A stretch of 64,000 nt of DNA from Candidatus Acetothermia bacterium (GCA_024653345.1 JANLFV010000002.1:4830-68829); one strand, 5' to 3'. Shown: positions 38,438 through 48,643, counted from the first letter of the stretch. Made by a program: numbers and translations. The notes: generated by a model not told the origin, from the sequence alone.

Positions 38438-39745
38438 ATGGCAGATCTGAGCATCGACTTCGCGGGCGTCAAGGCTCCAAATCCCTTCTGGGTCTCTTCC
38501 GGCCCGCCCTCGAACACCCTCTACCAGCTCAACCGGGCGTTCGAGGCCGGCTGGGGCGGGTTCGTCTGGAAGACCCTCAGTGACCCGCTCCTCAATGTCA
38601 CCAACCGCTATGGAGGTATCCACTACGGCCGGACGAGGGCAATCGGGATCAACAACATCGAGCTGGTGAGCGACCGGCCACGGGAGGAGAACCTGCGTGA
38701 GATCAGGGAGGCCAAGCGCCGCTGGCCCGATCGGGCGCTGTTCGTCTCGGCGATGGTCCCGAGCAAGCGCGAGGCCTGGCACAGGATCGTCGAGGAGATC
38801 CAGGAGACCGGCGCGGACGGGATCGAGCTGAACTTCGGCTGCCCCCATGGGATGCCGGAGCGGGGGATGGGCGCGGCCGTCGGCCAGGTCCCGGAGTATT
38901 GCGAGATGATCACCTCCTGGGCCAAGGAGGTGGCGAAGGTCCCGCTGATGGTCAAGCTCACCCCGAATGTGACGAACATCGTCGAGCCGGCCCGCGCGGC
39001 CGTCAAGGGGGGCGCGAGCGCGCTCTCCATGATCAACACGGTCTACAGCATCATGGGCGTCGACCTCGACACTCTGGAGATCCAGCCGAGCGTCCGCGGG
39101 AAGGGCACCCCCGGCGGCTACGCCGGCCCCGCGGTCAAGCCGATCGGGCTCTACATGGTCTCGAAGGTCGCTCGAGAGAACCTCGGCGTCCCGATCTCCG
39201 GGATCGGGGGGATCGAGTCCTGGCGGGATGCGGCGGAATACATCCTCCTCGGCGCCACCAGCGTCCAGGTCTGCACCGGGATCATGAAGTATGGCTTCCA
39301 GATCGTGAAGGGGATGATCTCCGGCCTGTCGCGCTGGATGGACGAGAAGGGGTTCGCCAGGATCAGCGACTTCTCCGGCCTGGCCGCGAGGAAAATCGCG
39401 CCCTTCGGGGAGCTCGACATCATGTATCGGACCGTCGCGGAGATCGACTACTCCAGGTGCATCTACTGCCGAAGATGCTACACCGCCTGCGAGGACGGCC
39501 TCCATCAGGCGATCGAGCTGGTCCAGAAGAACGGTCGGGCCGTGCCGCGCATCAAGGAGGAGGAGTGCGTCGGCTGCCGCATGTGCAGCCTGATCTGCCC
39601 GGCCCAGTGCATCAGGATGGTCGAGCGAGACCGGGGCTTCCCCAGCCAGAGCTGGTCCGAGATCGTGGCCGCGAACCCCGGGATAGACAGCGACTGGAAG
39701 GTGATGCGCCGCTGGCGGAAGGAGCACAACTGGCGCACAAAATGA
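38438..39745 (+). CDS. preA: dihydropyrimidine dehydrogenase PreA-like subunit (DHODH-like FMN domain plus two 4Fe-4S clusters)
   Basis: 435 aa with a dihydroorotate-dehydrogenase-like TIM barrel and C-terminal CIYCRRCYTAC and CVGCRMCSLICP cluster motifs. Confidence 0.85.
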   Translation: MADLSIDFAGVKAPNPFWVSSGPPSNTLYQLNRAFEAGWGGFVWKTLSDPLLNVTNRYGGIHYGRTRAIGINNIELVSDRPREENLREIREAKRRWPDRALFVSAMVPSKREAWHRIVEEIQETGADGIELNFGCPHGMPERGMGAAVGQVPEYCEMITSWAKEVAKVPLMVKLTPNVTNIVEPARAAVKGGASALSMINTVYSIMGVDLDTLEIQPSVRGKGTPGGYAGPAVKPIGLYMVSKVARENLGVPISGIGGIESWRDAAEYILLGATSVQVCTGIMKYGFQIVKGMISGLSRWMDEKGFARISDFSGLAARKIAPFGELDIMYRTVAEIDYSRCIYCRRCYTACEDGLHQAIELVQKNGRAVPRIKEEECVGCRMCSLICPAQCIRMVERDRGFPSQSWSEIVAANPGIDSDWKVMRRWRKEHNWRTK

Positions 39746-39755
39746 GGGGGCGCTG

Positions 39756-41129
39756 ATGGACACAGTGATCAAGGGCGGGCGGATCGTCACGGCCACCGAG
39801 ACCTATGAGGCCGACATCGGCATCGAGAAGGGCCAGATCGCCCTCCTCGGGCGGAATCTCGAGGGGGACGAGACCATCGATGCCAAGGGGATGTTCGTCC
39901 TCCCCGGCGGGATCGATCCCCACACCCATCTGGAATTGCCCTTCATGGGCACCGTCTCCGCGGACGACTTCCGGACCGGGACGATCGCCGCGGCCTGCGG
40001 CGGGACGACCACGATCATCGACTTCGCCATCCAGGGGAAGGGCCAGACGCTCCGCGAGGCTCTGGAGATCTGGCTGAAGAAGGCCGAAGGGAAGGCGTCC
40101 GTAGACTACGGCTTCCATGTGGCGATCGGGGCGATGGACGACGCGCGGATGGCCGAGATGGGCGAGCTGGTCAGGGATGGGGTCTCGAGCTTCAAGATCT
40201 TCATGGCTTACAAGGGGACATTCATGGTCGATGACGAGACCCTCTTCCGCGCGCTCCTCCGGGCCAGGGAGGTTGGGGCGCTGATCACCGTCCATGCAGA
40301 GAACGGCGATGTGCTCAACTACTTGATCAACAAGCATGTGGCCGAGGGCAAGAAGGAGCCGATCTGGCACGCCCTGAGCCATCCCCCGGAGGCCGAGGCC
40401 GAGGCCACGCATCGGGCGATCGTGCTGGCCGGTCTGGCCGGTGCGCCGATCTACTTCGTCCACATGAGCGCGGCCGAGGCGCTCGAGGCGCTCAAGGCCG
40501 GACGGGCTAAGGGGTTCAAGGTCTTCGGCGAGACCTGCCCGCAGTATCTCCTCTTCTCGATTGAGAAATACAGCGAGCCGGACTTCGAGGGTGCCAAGTA
40601 TGTCATGTCGCCTCCGCTCCGGGAGAAGGGGAACCAGGAGGCGCTCTGGCAGGGGCTGGCCGGCGGCGACCTCCAGGCGGTCGGGACCGACCACTGCCCG
40701 TTCAACTTCGCCGGGCAGAAGGAGATGGGGAGAGACAACTTTGCCGCGATCCCCAACGGGATGCCGGGGATCGAGACCAGGCTCCCGCTGATTTACCACT
40801 TCGGGGTGAACGGCGGCCGGTTCTCGATCAACCGCTTTGTGGAGCTGGTCTCGACCGGTCCGGCGCGGCTCTTCGGCCTCTTGCCGCGGAAGGGGACGAT
40901 CGCCATCGGTGCTGACGCCGATCTCGTCATCTGGGACCCGAACAAGAAGCATAAGCTGACCAGGGAAAACCTGCACATGAATGTGGACTACAGCCCATAC
41001 GAGGACATCACCGTAAAGGGCTATCCGGCCCTAGTTATGCAGCGGGGCGAGGTCATCGTGCGGGAGAATCAGTTTGTCGGCCAAGTCGGCGCGGGGGAGT
41101 TTCTAAGGCGCGCTCCCGTCCGGTTGTGA
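39756..41129 (+). CDS. dihydropyrimidinase (D-hydantoinase)
   Basis: 457 aa amidohydrolase with GGIDPHTH and the carboxylated-Lys region of cyclic amidohydrolases. Confidence 0.9.
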   Translation: MDTVIKGGRIVTATETYEADIGIEKGQIALLGRNLEGDETIDAKGMFVLPGGIDPHTHLELPFMGTVSADDFRTGTIAAACGGTTTIIDFAIQGKGQTLREALEIWLKKAEGKASVDYGFHVAIGAMDDARMAEMGELVRDGVSSFKIFMAYKGTFMVDDETLFRALLRAREVGALITVHAENGDVLNYLINKHVAEGKKEPIWHALSHPPEAEAEATHRAIVLAGLAGAPIYFVHMSAAEALEALKAGRAKGFKVFGETCPQYLLFSIEKYSEPDFEGAKYVMSPPLREKGNQEALWQGLAGGDLQAVGTDHCPFNFAGQKEMGRDNFAAIPNGMPGIETRLPLIYHFGVNGGRFSINRFVELVSTGPARLFGLLPRKGTIAIGADADLVIWDPNKKHKLTRENLHMNVDYSPYEDITVKGYPALVMQRGEVIVRENQFVGQVGAGEFLRRAPVRL

Positions 41130-41156
41130 TAGGATGCCGCTCGTCCGCTCCAGGCG

Positions 41157-43892
41157 CTAGGTGGGCCACCGGTGCAACAACTCCCTCATCTCACAGTAGA
41201 CCTCGATCTTGCTCACCTGTCTCGCCCAGGGCTGCCTAAGCAGGGCGTCAAACGAGAAACCCTCTGCCGGCACGGTGCGATACCAGTATTTCTCCGTTCC
41301 ATTCCATTGATAACCGTGATCCCTTAGCTCGTCCTTTACACGGTAAGCACCGAATACTCTGATCTCAAGCCGGGGCTGGTCCAGCGATGGGACCGCCGGA
41401 AGCTCATCCCATGAGAGTGAAGTGAGACTCATGTGTTTGCGGATGTCGTCAAGATATGGGCTCTCTCTAAGGCTCTCGGTCACCAGTGCAAGCGAGTCCT
41501 TGGCTCTCGTGACCGCGACGTAGAAGAGTCGCCTCTCTTCGTCCTCGATGGTTTCGATGCTATCACCGAAAACTCGCAGAAACACCCAGTTGGGATGAAT
41601 AAGTGGGTAGCTCCGCTCGACTGCGTCCAACACGATAACCGCCTGCTTCTCTCCCCCTTTATACTTGTGAGCAGTTGAGATACCTACCCGGCCACGGTCT
41701 TCCTCGGGTAAGAAGGAGCGGAGGTGTTCCAAAAACCGCTGGAGATCGTCTGGTTTTCCACTGCCGCGTTCGGCGTAGTTGACATACCAAGGCGCGCCGT
41801 TACGCCTAGACAGGATTACCACATCCTGGCCCTGATCAAGAAAGTATCGAAGCAACTATAGAATTGCTGGTGTAATCTCGTCGCCCTTGTGACGATCCTC
41901 CTCGGATGGTGACGGCTTGAACTCGTCAAGCTTGCAGAGCCGCACCCATCCTTCCTCCTTACGGCAAGCCTCCGCTTCCACTCCTCGGCCGAACATGATG
42001 GCGTTCCCTAATTCCACTATTGATCTGGCGGAGCGGTGGTTGATGGGAAGGACGCATTGCGATGTATCTCGGAAGTAGCGGTCGAAGTCCCTGAAGAAGC
42101 GGAGCTCGGATCCTGCAAAAGCATTGATTGCCTGCCAGTCGTCTCCGACACAGAAGAATCGAATTCTCTGATTGACCGAACGAATGGCGTCAACGAGCTC
42201 GAAGAACATCTGTGAGAAGTCCTGGAACTCGTCGATCATCATGAACCTCAGGTTGGCTAGATTGCCGCGTTCTCTGCCTCTATCTCGCACGAACTGGGTC
42301 TGGCCACTGCGGATCAGTGACACGGCACGCCACATGAGGCCGTCGAAGTCTTCCTTCTTTCTCGCAGCAAGTAGCTGCAGATAGCCTCGGTAAACTGAGA
42401 TGGCAACATCCAGGAACAACTCCTCGGCGCTGGAACAAGGACTATGCCGAGCAACCATTCTCTCCAGCTCTTCGGGGGACAGGTTGCGCTTCCTGCACCG
42501 CCCGATGAAGTTCGTCATCGCTTCCGTGAAGCGGTCGATTGCTCGATGCTTGATACGGTCCCAGATCTCCTTATCTGATAGTTGCCGACAGGGGACGCCG
42601 GCCTGCTCCAGCTTCTGCAAGAGATGATGAACGAATCCATCCACACCTCTCTTTGCTAAATCCTGCGACGAGAACTCGATGAGGGTCCATCCCTGGCGCT
42701 GTGCCCAGAACTCTCGCTTCTGCTGCGCCATCTCGTCATAATCGGGATTGCCCTTCACCCCAAAGCACTCAATGACCACGCCGCCCCTGGGTGGCTTGAG
42801 TATCGTGAAATCCGGCCGGTAGTTGACCCCGTTCCAGCGGAAGTTGCGCTCGTAGCGGTAGTCGACCCCGTTTTCGAGGAGCGCGTTGGCAATGACTTTC
42901 TCTCCGAAAGACTTCCCATGCTCGCCCCTGAGCGTCTCGCGCGGGAGCGAGCGGCGGTAGGCCAGGAGTTCGTCCATGGCCAGATGGAAGCCGCCGGCCT
43001 CGATCCGCTCCCAGTCCTCGCGGAAGTGAGCAAGCATCAGGTCGCGAATGCGGCTTCCCCACTTCTTGGACCTCACGTGCTGGTCGATGACTTCTTGCGC
43101 TTCGCGGCTCAGATTGAACCGATCGGCTGAGGGCTGATCATACAAGAGTTCCTCTTCAGGATGGACCAAGGCATAGGCCAGTTGGTGGAAATCCATCACG
43201 TGGGGCAAGTCATCGCCGATTGCCGCGCGAAGCCGCTTCCTCATCTCATCCGCTGCGCTTCTGTTGAACGCCAGGAGCAGCAGCTCGCCTGGGGACACCC
43301 CGCAGTGCTTCTGCAGGAAGATCGCTCGCGTGACGAGAGTCCTGGTCTTGCCACTGCCCGCCCGTGCCACGACTAGGATATCGCCTTCAGAGGCCGCAAT
43401 CGCAGCAGCTTGTTCGGGATCAAGGTCCACGTGGATCTCACGAGAGGCCCAGTCCTGGACAAACCTAGCCTTGAGATCGTAGTATTCTTCATCGCTGATC
43501 AACTGCCTATCAGGATCACCAGTGAAGACTTTGTCCGCGGATAGGAAATCCGAATCAAAGGCGTCTCGAAGCCTTGCGCGGAACGCTCTCCTGCGCTCTT
43601 GCTCCTCCAGTTCGCGCTGGCGCTCAGCCTCGCGTTGCTTGTGTTCCTTCCAGGCCACGCGTTCTGAGAATAGGATGGGTAATCTCGACCACTCTTCAGG
43701 GGACAGATTCTGCTTCAACTGTGCAACGATCTCCTTCTCACTCATCCTACAACGCAAGGGTGTGTCACCAAGTTGTGCGGAGCCATCAACGATGCTCGGA
43801 ATGAGGACAGTCAAGTAGTATTCCTTATAGAGGTCCCAACGGCCCCAGTAATGGATCAACTCATCTATGAGCTCCAGCGCAGTGTATTCCAA
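41157..43892 (-). pseudogene. UvrD-like SF1 helicase with inserted DUF559/Vsr-like PD-(D/E)xK nuclease module, interrupted by one in-frame TAG
   Basis: The N-terminal ORF (TTG start at 43892) carries Walker A AGSGKTRT, DEFQD and GDDWQAINAFAGS, with the nuclease-like insert RPDFTIL...VVIECFG...GWTLIEF. The C-terminal ORF carries ISTAHKYKGGE and YVAVTRAKDSL. The two ORFs are in the same frame, separated only by TAG at 41856-41858. The region is lower in GC than its surroundings. Confidence 0.7.
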
Positions 43893-44156
43893 GGGCTACC
43901 TCCGTCGTCCAGCTCACCGCGCCTGGTTGAGCAGCTCCAACCATGCATATTCACGGTGCCGTGTGCCCATGACCCCTTACTTAACGAAACGCCCTTCTGT
44001 CCAACATACTAACGTGCGCTTCAGCTAGAATCAAGGGTGGGGGCCAGTGTGCGCCTGCAAGACCGAGCACTGCTGGATCAATTTCAGCTGTCGAGTGCAG
44101 CGCGAGAGGTGGAAGGCGGATCTTTGTAGAAGCGGGCCGGAAGATAGATGCCCCTC

Positions 44157-44545
44157 TCAAACCAGCATCAGGGAAAATCGCCGCGGCCTGAGGATCGCCT
44201 CGATGTCCTGCTCATTCTGCGTGATGACCGTCGCCCCGATCCGCTGAGGTTGCAGGGCAAGCAGCGCAGCATTCGCCAGGGAGTAGGTCTCGTGTAGGTC
44301 ATAGCCCCTCTCCACCTGGGACTGTCGGAACAACCGCCGCGGTAGTGGGCGAGCATCGGGACGACGGCTCTCCCTAGCCGCTCCACCAGTTCCCAATCTC
44401 CAGCGGAGAAGGACCTGGCCTCAAGCTCCATGAGAACCACAGCACTCAGGCACTTCGCCAGGCCTTAGGCAAAGAGTAGATCGGCATGCTTGCGGGCATT
44501 GAGCCAATCGATGATAACGCGGGTATCGAGCAGTGCGCTCTTCAC
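44157..44545 (-). pseudogene. VapC-like PIN-domain toxin remnant (frameshifted)
   Basis: The N-terminus VKSALLDTRVIIDWL (GTG at 44545 with an AGGGAG ribosome-binding site) and the C-terminus YSLANAALLALQPQRIGATVITQNEQDIEAILRP lie in different frames. No antitoxin gene is found upstream. Confidence 0.45.
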
Positions 44546-44624
44546 GCGCAGATCTCCCTGATCGTTCCCTTGCGCTGACAAGGGGAGGTTGGTAGCATCT
44601 CGGACAAGAGCAGGGATGGGACTT

Positions 44625-45476
44625 ATGAAAACAGACTTTGAGAGAGAAAAGCGCTGGTGGGACGCAAAAGCTCCTAAAGAAGAGCAGGACCTGGCCGACG
44701 AGGCCATCAATAGGGCACTGCGCTGGCGCGAGATCGAGAGGCATCTCGAGGGGGTGGAGACGATCCTGGACGTCGGGGCCGGCACAGGCGCGTTCTCCAT
44801 CCCTCTAGCCCAACGCGGTTTTTCGGTCACTCACCTGGATTTCTCTCCCGCGATGCTCGAGATTGCCTATCGGAAAGCTCGCCATCTGAGGAACATCCGC
44901 TTCGTTGAGGCAAACTCTGTGGCCCTGCCCTTTCTGGATGGCTCTTTCGACCTGGTGTTGAACATGGATGGGGCCATCTCCTTCTGCGGCTCTGAGGCGG
45001 AGCAGGCCATCTTGGAGAGCTGCCGGGTGACCAAGAAGAGGCTGATTATCACTGTCTCCCATCGGGCCTGGATGGTCGCAGTTATGGTTTCCTCAAGCCT
45101 GGGAGTAGCAGGCCGTCTTCTCCCAGCGGTCTATTCAATGCTGGATCGAGGTGAGTGGCACCAAGAGCAGTTTCCTGAGAACCGGATGCTGGCGAAAGGA
45201 ATGACTCAGGACTACTTTGGAGCCTTCAAGGCCTTTCTGCCGGGTGAGTTGGTGGAGATCTTGGAACAGGCCGGCATGAGAGTCCTGCGAATCGGCGGCC
45301 TCGGCTCTCTCGCTAACCTATGCGGGAAGGAAACAGCCGAATGCACCCTAAGAGAAGGGGCTCTATTTCAGGAATTCTTGGCGCTCTGCGAGCGTTTCGA
45401 TCGGGAGATCTTGCCTGATGGCCCGGGGACGCGCCAGCGAGCCGGGCTGATCGCCGTAGCGGAACCAGTGAGATGA
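44625..45476 (+). CDS. class I SAM-dependent methyltransferase (small-molecule type)
   Basis: Motif I ILDVGAGTGAFS and the acidic post-I region. No DNA methyltransferase motifs are seen. Confidence 0.8.
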   Translation: MKTDFEREKRWWDAKAPKEEQDLADEAINRALRWREIERHLEGVETILDVGAGTGAFSIPLAQRGFSVTHLDFSPAMLEIAYRKARHLRNIRFVEANSVALPFLDGSFDLVLNMDGAISFCGSEAEQAILESCRVTKKRLIITVSHRAWMVAVMVSSSLGVAGRLLPAVYSMLDRGEWHQEQFPENRMLAKGMTQDYFGAFKAFLPGELVEILEQAGMRVLRIGGLGSLANLCGKETAECTLREGALFQEFLALCERFDREILPDGPGTRQRAGLIAVAEPVR

Positions 45477-45991
45477 TGGGGACAGCCTGGATCACAACGA
45501 AGGCGCAGGCTCTGGAGTTCGTCGAGCAGGTCGGGGATTGCTTGCTCTTCCCGCTGAAAGGGCAGGCTGATCTGTTCAGCAATGTTGCTGGCGAGACGAT
45601 CGACGAGCGGCGGACGAAGGCCTGGGGCTGGTCGGACGAGCTCCATCTGGAGAAGAGGCTCTTGTTGAGCTTGGCGGTCAGGCGCCGGGTGACGCTCACC
45701 TCCCAGACACGCTTTGCGGAGGTCTATCCGGAGCGCTCTCGGGAGCCGCTCACTGATCACGAGGCAGCGCTCCTCGCATTGGTTCGGGAGGCCGGCCCGC
45801 TGCCCACGCCCGAGCCATATCGAGCGACAGGTCTGGAGCAGCGTCTCTTGGACAAGGCCCTCACGGGCCTGCGGCGGAAGATGCTCCTGGCGATCGCCGG
45901 GAACCGGCATGAGTCGGCTACCAAGCATGTCTACCTCTACGGCCTGACCGAGCGCTCGGTCGGAACGACACAGGCGGCCTCGAGGCGGTGA
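45473..45991 (+). CDS. hypothetical protein, translationally coupled to the methyltransferase
   Basis: 172 aa. The ATGA start overlaps the methyltransferase stop. No recognisable motifs. Confidence 0.4.
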   Translation: MMGTAWITTKAQALEFVEQVGDCLLFPLKGQADLFSNVAGETIDERRTKAWGWSDELHLEKRLLLSLAVRRRVTLTSQTRFAEVYPERSREPLTDHEAALLALVREAGPLPTPEPYRATGLEQRLLDKALTGLRRKMLLAIAGNRHESATKHVYLYGLTERSVGTTQAASRR

Positions 45992-46126
45992 CCGAGGTCC
46001 TGCCGAAATCCGGTGATGCGGCAATCCCTCAGCCGCACAACTGGTCAGCTTGAGCGTTGGGTGGAGCGCCGAGGATTGTTGCGGAGCGCATGGCGCTCAG
46101 TTACAATTCCGATGAGGTGATGCAGA

Positions 46127-46735
46127 ATGTCACGGAATGCTAAGCTCGGGATCATCATCGGCTTGAGCTTGACCCTCGCCGTGGGCACGGGGATCGTCCT
46201 GGCCCAGCTCTTCGGGATGGGCGAATACCCCGGCGGCCACTTGAAGACAGTCTACCAGATTCTTAGCGAGGAGAGCCCCAATCCGGCCAGATTCTCGCTG
46301 GAGATCGAGCCGCTCGCGGACGGGAACTACAAGATAACCTCGACGACCGAGGCGATCGAGCCCCAGGACCAAGTGGAGCTCGGCCTCTTCAGCCTCTTCT
46401 TCCTCGGGTTCAGCCTCCGGCCGGAGTCGGAGCAGCTCGACCTCACCCCGCTGCTGGCCCTGGGCGAGCGAGAGATCGAGCCGAATAAGTCCTATGTCCT
46501 CGAGGGCGGCGCACGGCTGGTGACCCAGGAGAGGACCGAGATCGCTGGGGTCGAGGTGGTCATGGGGATCTATACCCATCCGAGCTACGCCGATCAGCGC
46601 GCCCTCATCGCCCTTCCCAATGTGGCGACGCGGAAGATCCTCCCCTTCCCCCCGCTACTCCAGGTGGAGAAGCAGGAAGGCGGGCAATACAAGACCACAG
46701 CGAAGGTCGAGCTGACCGAGTTCCTCCATGAATAG
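46127..46735 (+). CDS. membrane-anchored hypothetical protein upstream of the ABC exporter
   Basis: 202 aa with an N-terminal signal-anchor helix; ends overlapping the start of the ATPase gene. Confidence 0.5.
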   Translation: MSRNAKLGIIIGLSLTLAVGTGIVLAQLFGMGEYPGGHLKTVYQILSEESPNPARFSLEIEPLADGNYKITSTTEAIEPQDQVELGLFSLFFLGFSLRPESEQLDLTPLLALGEREIEPNKSYVLEGGARLVTQERTEIAGVEVVMGIYTHPSYADQRALIALPNVATRKILPFPPLLQVEKQEGGQYKTTAKVELTEFLHE

Positions 46736-47459
46736 CCTGAGGCTGGCCGCAGGGGCCGGGCCGTCGGGGAGGGCCTTGATCGAGCTCCGCGAGGTCTGGA
46801 AGACCTACCGGATGGGGAAGGTCGAGGTCCACGCCCTTCGCGGGGTGAGCCTCGCCGTTGCGGAGCACGAGTTCCTGGCAGTGATGGGCCCCTCCGGCTC
46901 GGGGAAGTCGACCCTGATGCATCTGATGGGCTGCCTCGATCTCCCTACGCGGGGCACGATCCTCTTCGACGGAGCTGATATCTCGTCTCTCAAGGGGTCC
47001 GAGCTGGCCGAGATCCGGGGGCGCCAGATCGGGTTCGTCTTCCAGACCTTCAACCTGGTTCATACGCTCACGGCCCTGGAGAATGTCGAGCTCCCGATGA
47101 TCTTCCAAGGGGCGCCGCGGGCCAGTCGGAGGGCCAGGGCTGTGGAGCTCCTCGAGCGGGTCGGTCTCTCCGACCGCCTCCAGCACCGCCCGAACGAGCT
47201 CTCGGGTGGCGAGCAGCAGCGGGTGGCGATCGCCCGAGCTCTGGCGAACGACCCGAAGATCGTGCTCTGCGACGAGCCGACGGGGAACCTCGACTCCGCA
47301 GCAGGAATGAGGGTCTTGGAGTCGCTGAGGGACTTGAACGAGGAGGGCCGGACGGTGATCCTCGTCACCCACGACGCCGAGGCGGCGGGCTACGCCCGGC
47401 GGAGGGTCCAGATGCGCGATGGCCGGATGGTCGAAGCGGCTGAGGAGGCGCTCCGATGA
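46728..47459 (+). CDS. ABC transporter ATP-binding protein (MacB/LolD family)
   Basis: Walker A GPSGSGKSTL, signature LSGGEQQR, and TGNLD, a motif typical of MacB-type exporters. Confidence 0.85.
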   Translation: MNSLRLAAGAGPSGRALIELREVWKTYRMGKVEVHALRGVSLAVAEHEFLAVMGPSGSGKSTLMHLMGCLDLPTRGTILFDGADISSLKGSELAEIRGRQIGFVFQTFNLVHTLTALENVELPMIFQGAPRASRRARAVELLERVGLSDRLQHRPNELSGGEQQRVAIARALANDPKIVLCDEPTGNLDSAAGMRVLESLRDLNEEGRTVILVTHDAEAAGYARRRVQMRDGRMVEAAEEALR

Positions 47460-48643
47460 TCAAGGACTATCTCGGCTTGGCCGTCAGGAGCATGAGCCAC
47501 CGTCAGAAGAGGAGCTGGCTCACCATCATCGGGATCCTCATCGGCATCACGGCTGTGGTGGCGCTGGTCTCGCTCGGCCAGTCGATGCAACGGGCGGTGA
47601 ACAAGCAGTTTCAGCAGTTCGGCTACAACTTGATCACCATCTATCCCGGCGGGCTGCGGGGCAGCTATCGCGGCCCCTATTCGGCGACCTTTGAGCTCGA
47701 TACGGACCTGATCGCCAGTGTAGACGGGGTCGAGGCGGTGGAGGCGATGCTCTACAAGAGCGCCTATATAAGGGGAGGCGAGCCTCCCGACGAGATCGAG
47801 GGCTTTCTTCCGGTTGTGGGCCTCTCACCGGGGATCACGAAGGTCTTCAGCCAGTTCAAGCTCGAGCAGGGGCGGTTCTTCACCGAAACCGATCACTACA
47901 CTGCCATCCTCGGCCAGAGTGTCCCGAAGGACTTGGGGATTGGAGTGGGCGAGCAAGTGGAGATCGAGGGGCAGGCGTTCGAGGTCGTGGGCCTGCTCGC
48001 CGAGAGCGGCCTGGGGAATAATAACAGTGGGATCTTCATCCCGCTTGAGGCCCTCTGGGAGATCCTCGGGGACCGGGGGAAGGTCTCGATGGTCTGGGCC
48101 AAGGTCGGCCAGGGCTACGATGCTGAGGTGGTGGCCGAGCGGCTGAAGGCCGGGCTGAAGGAGGCCCGGGGGAAGGAGGACTTCACCGTGCAGACGATCG
48201 AGGACCTGCAGAAGCTCATCGGCCAGGCGATCGGGATCTTGCAGGCCTTCTTGGGGGGGATCGCCGGGATCTCGCTCCTGGTCGGCGGGATCGGGGTGAT
48301 GAATACGATGTATACCGCTGTCCTAGAGCGGACGCGGGAGATCGGGGTGATGAAGGCCGTCGGGGCCAAGGACAGCCATATCATGTGGCTCTTCCTCATC
48401 GAATCAGGATTCATGGGCCTGGTCGGGGGGGCGATCGGGACCGCCCTGGGGCTGGGGATGGACATCCTCGCGGTGGTGATCACCAAGCGCTTCATCCAGA
48501 CGAATGTCCTGGAGTTCGGGATCTCGGCCTGGCTGGTCATCGGGGCCCTGGCTTTCTCCTTCGTGATCGGGGCTCTCTCGGGGCTCCTCCCCGCGCGGAG
48601 CGCGGCCAAGCTCAAGCCGGTCGAGGCGCTGAGGTATGAGTAG
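47456..48643 (+). CDS. ABC transporter permease (FtsX/MacB family)
   Basis: 395 aa with an N-terminal transmembrane helix, a large periplasmic domain and three C-terminal transmembrane helices. Confidence 0.85.
   Translation: MIKDYLGLAVRSMSHRQKRSWLTIIGILIGITAVVALVSLGQSMQRAVNKQFQQFGYNLITIYPGGLRGSYRGPYSATFELDTDLIASVDGVEAVEAMLYKSAYIRGGEPPDEIEGFLPVVGLSPGITKVFSQFKLEQGRFFTETDHYTAILGQSVPKDLGIGVGEQVEIEGQAFEVVGLLAESGLGNNNSGIFIPLEALWEILGDRGKVSMVWAKVGQGYDAEVVAERLKAGLKEARGKEDFTVQTIEDLQKLIGQAIGILQAFLGGIAGISLLVGGIGVMNTMYTAVLERTREIGVMKAVGAKDSHIMWLFLIESGFMGLVGGAIGTALGLGMDILAVVITKRFIQTNVLEFGISAWLVIGALAFSFVIGALSGLLPARSAAKLKPVEALRYE

Noticed and set aside
41853-41858. In-frame TAG between the helicase halves, considered as programmed readthrough or stop-codon recoding.
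   Set aside because: TAG is used as an ordinary terminator by several well-supported genes in the window, for example the semialdehyde dehydrogenase at 34500. A pseudogene or a sequencing error is the simpler explanation.
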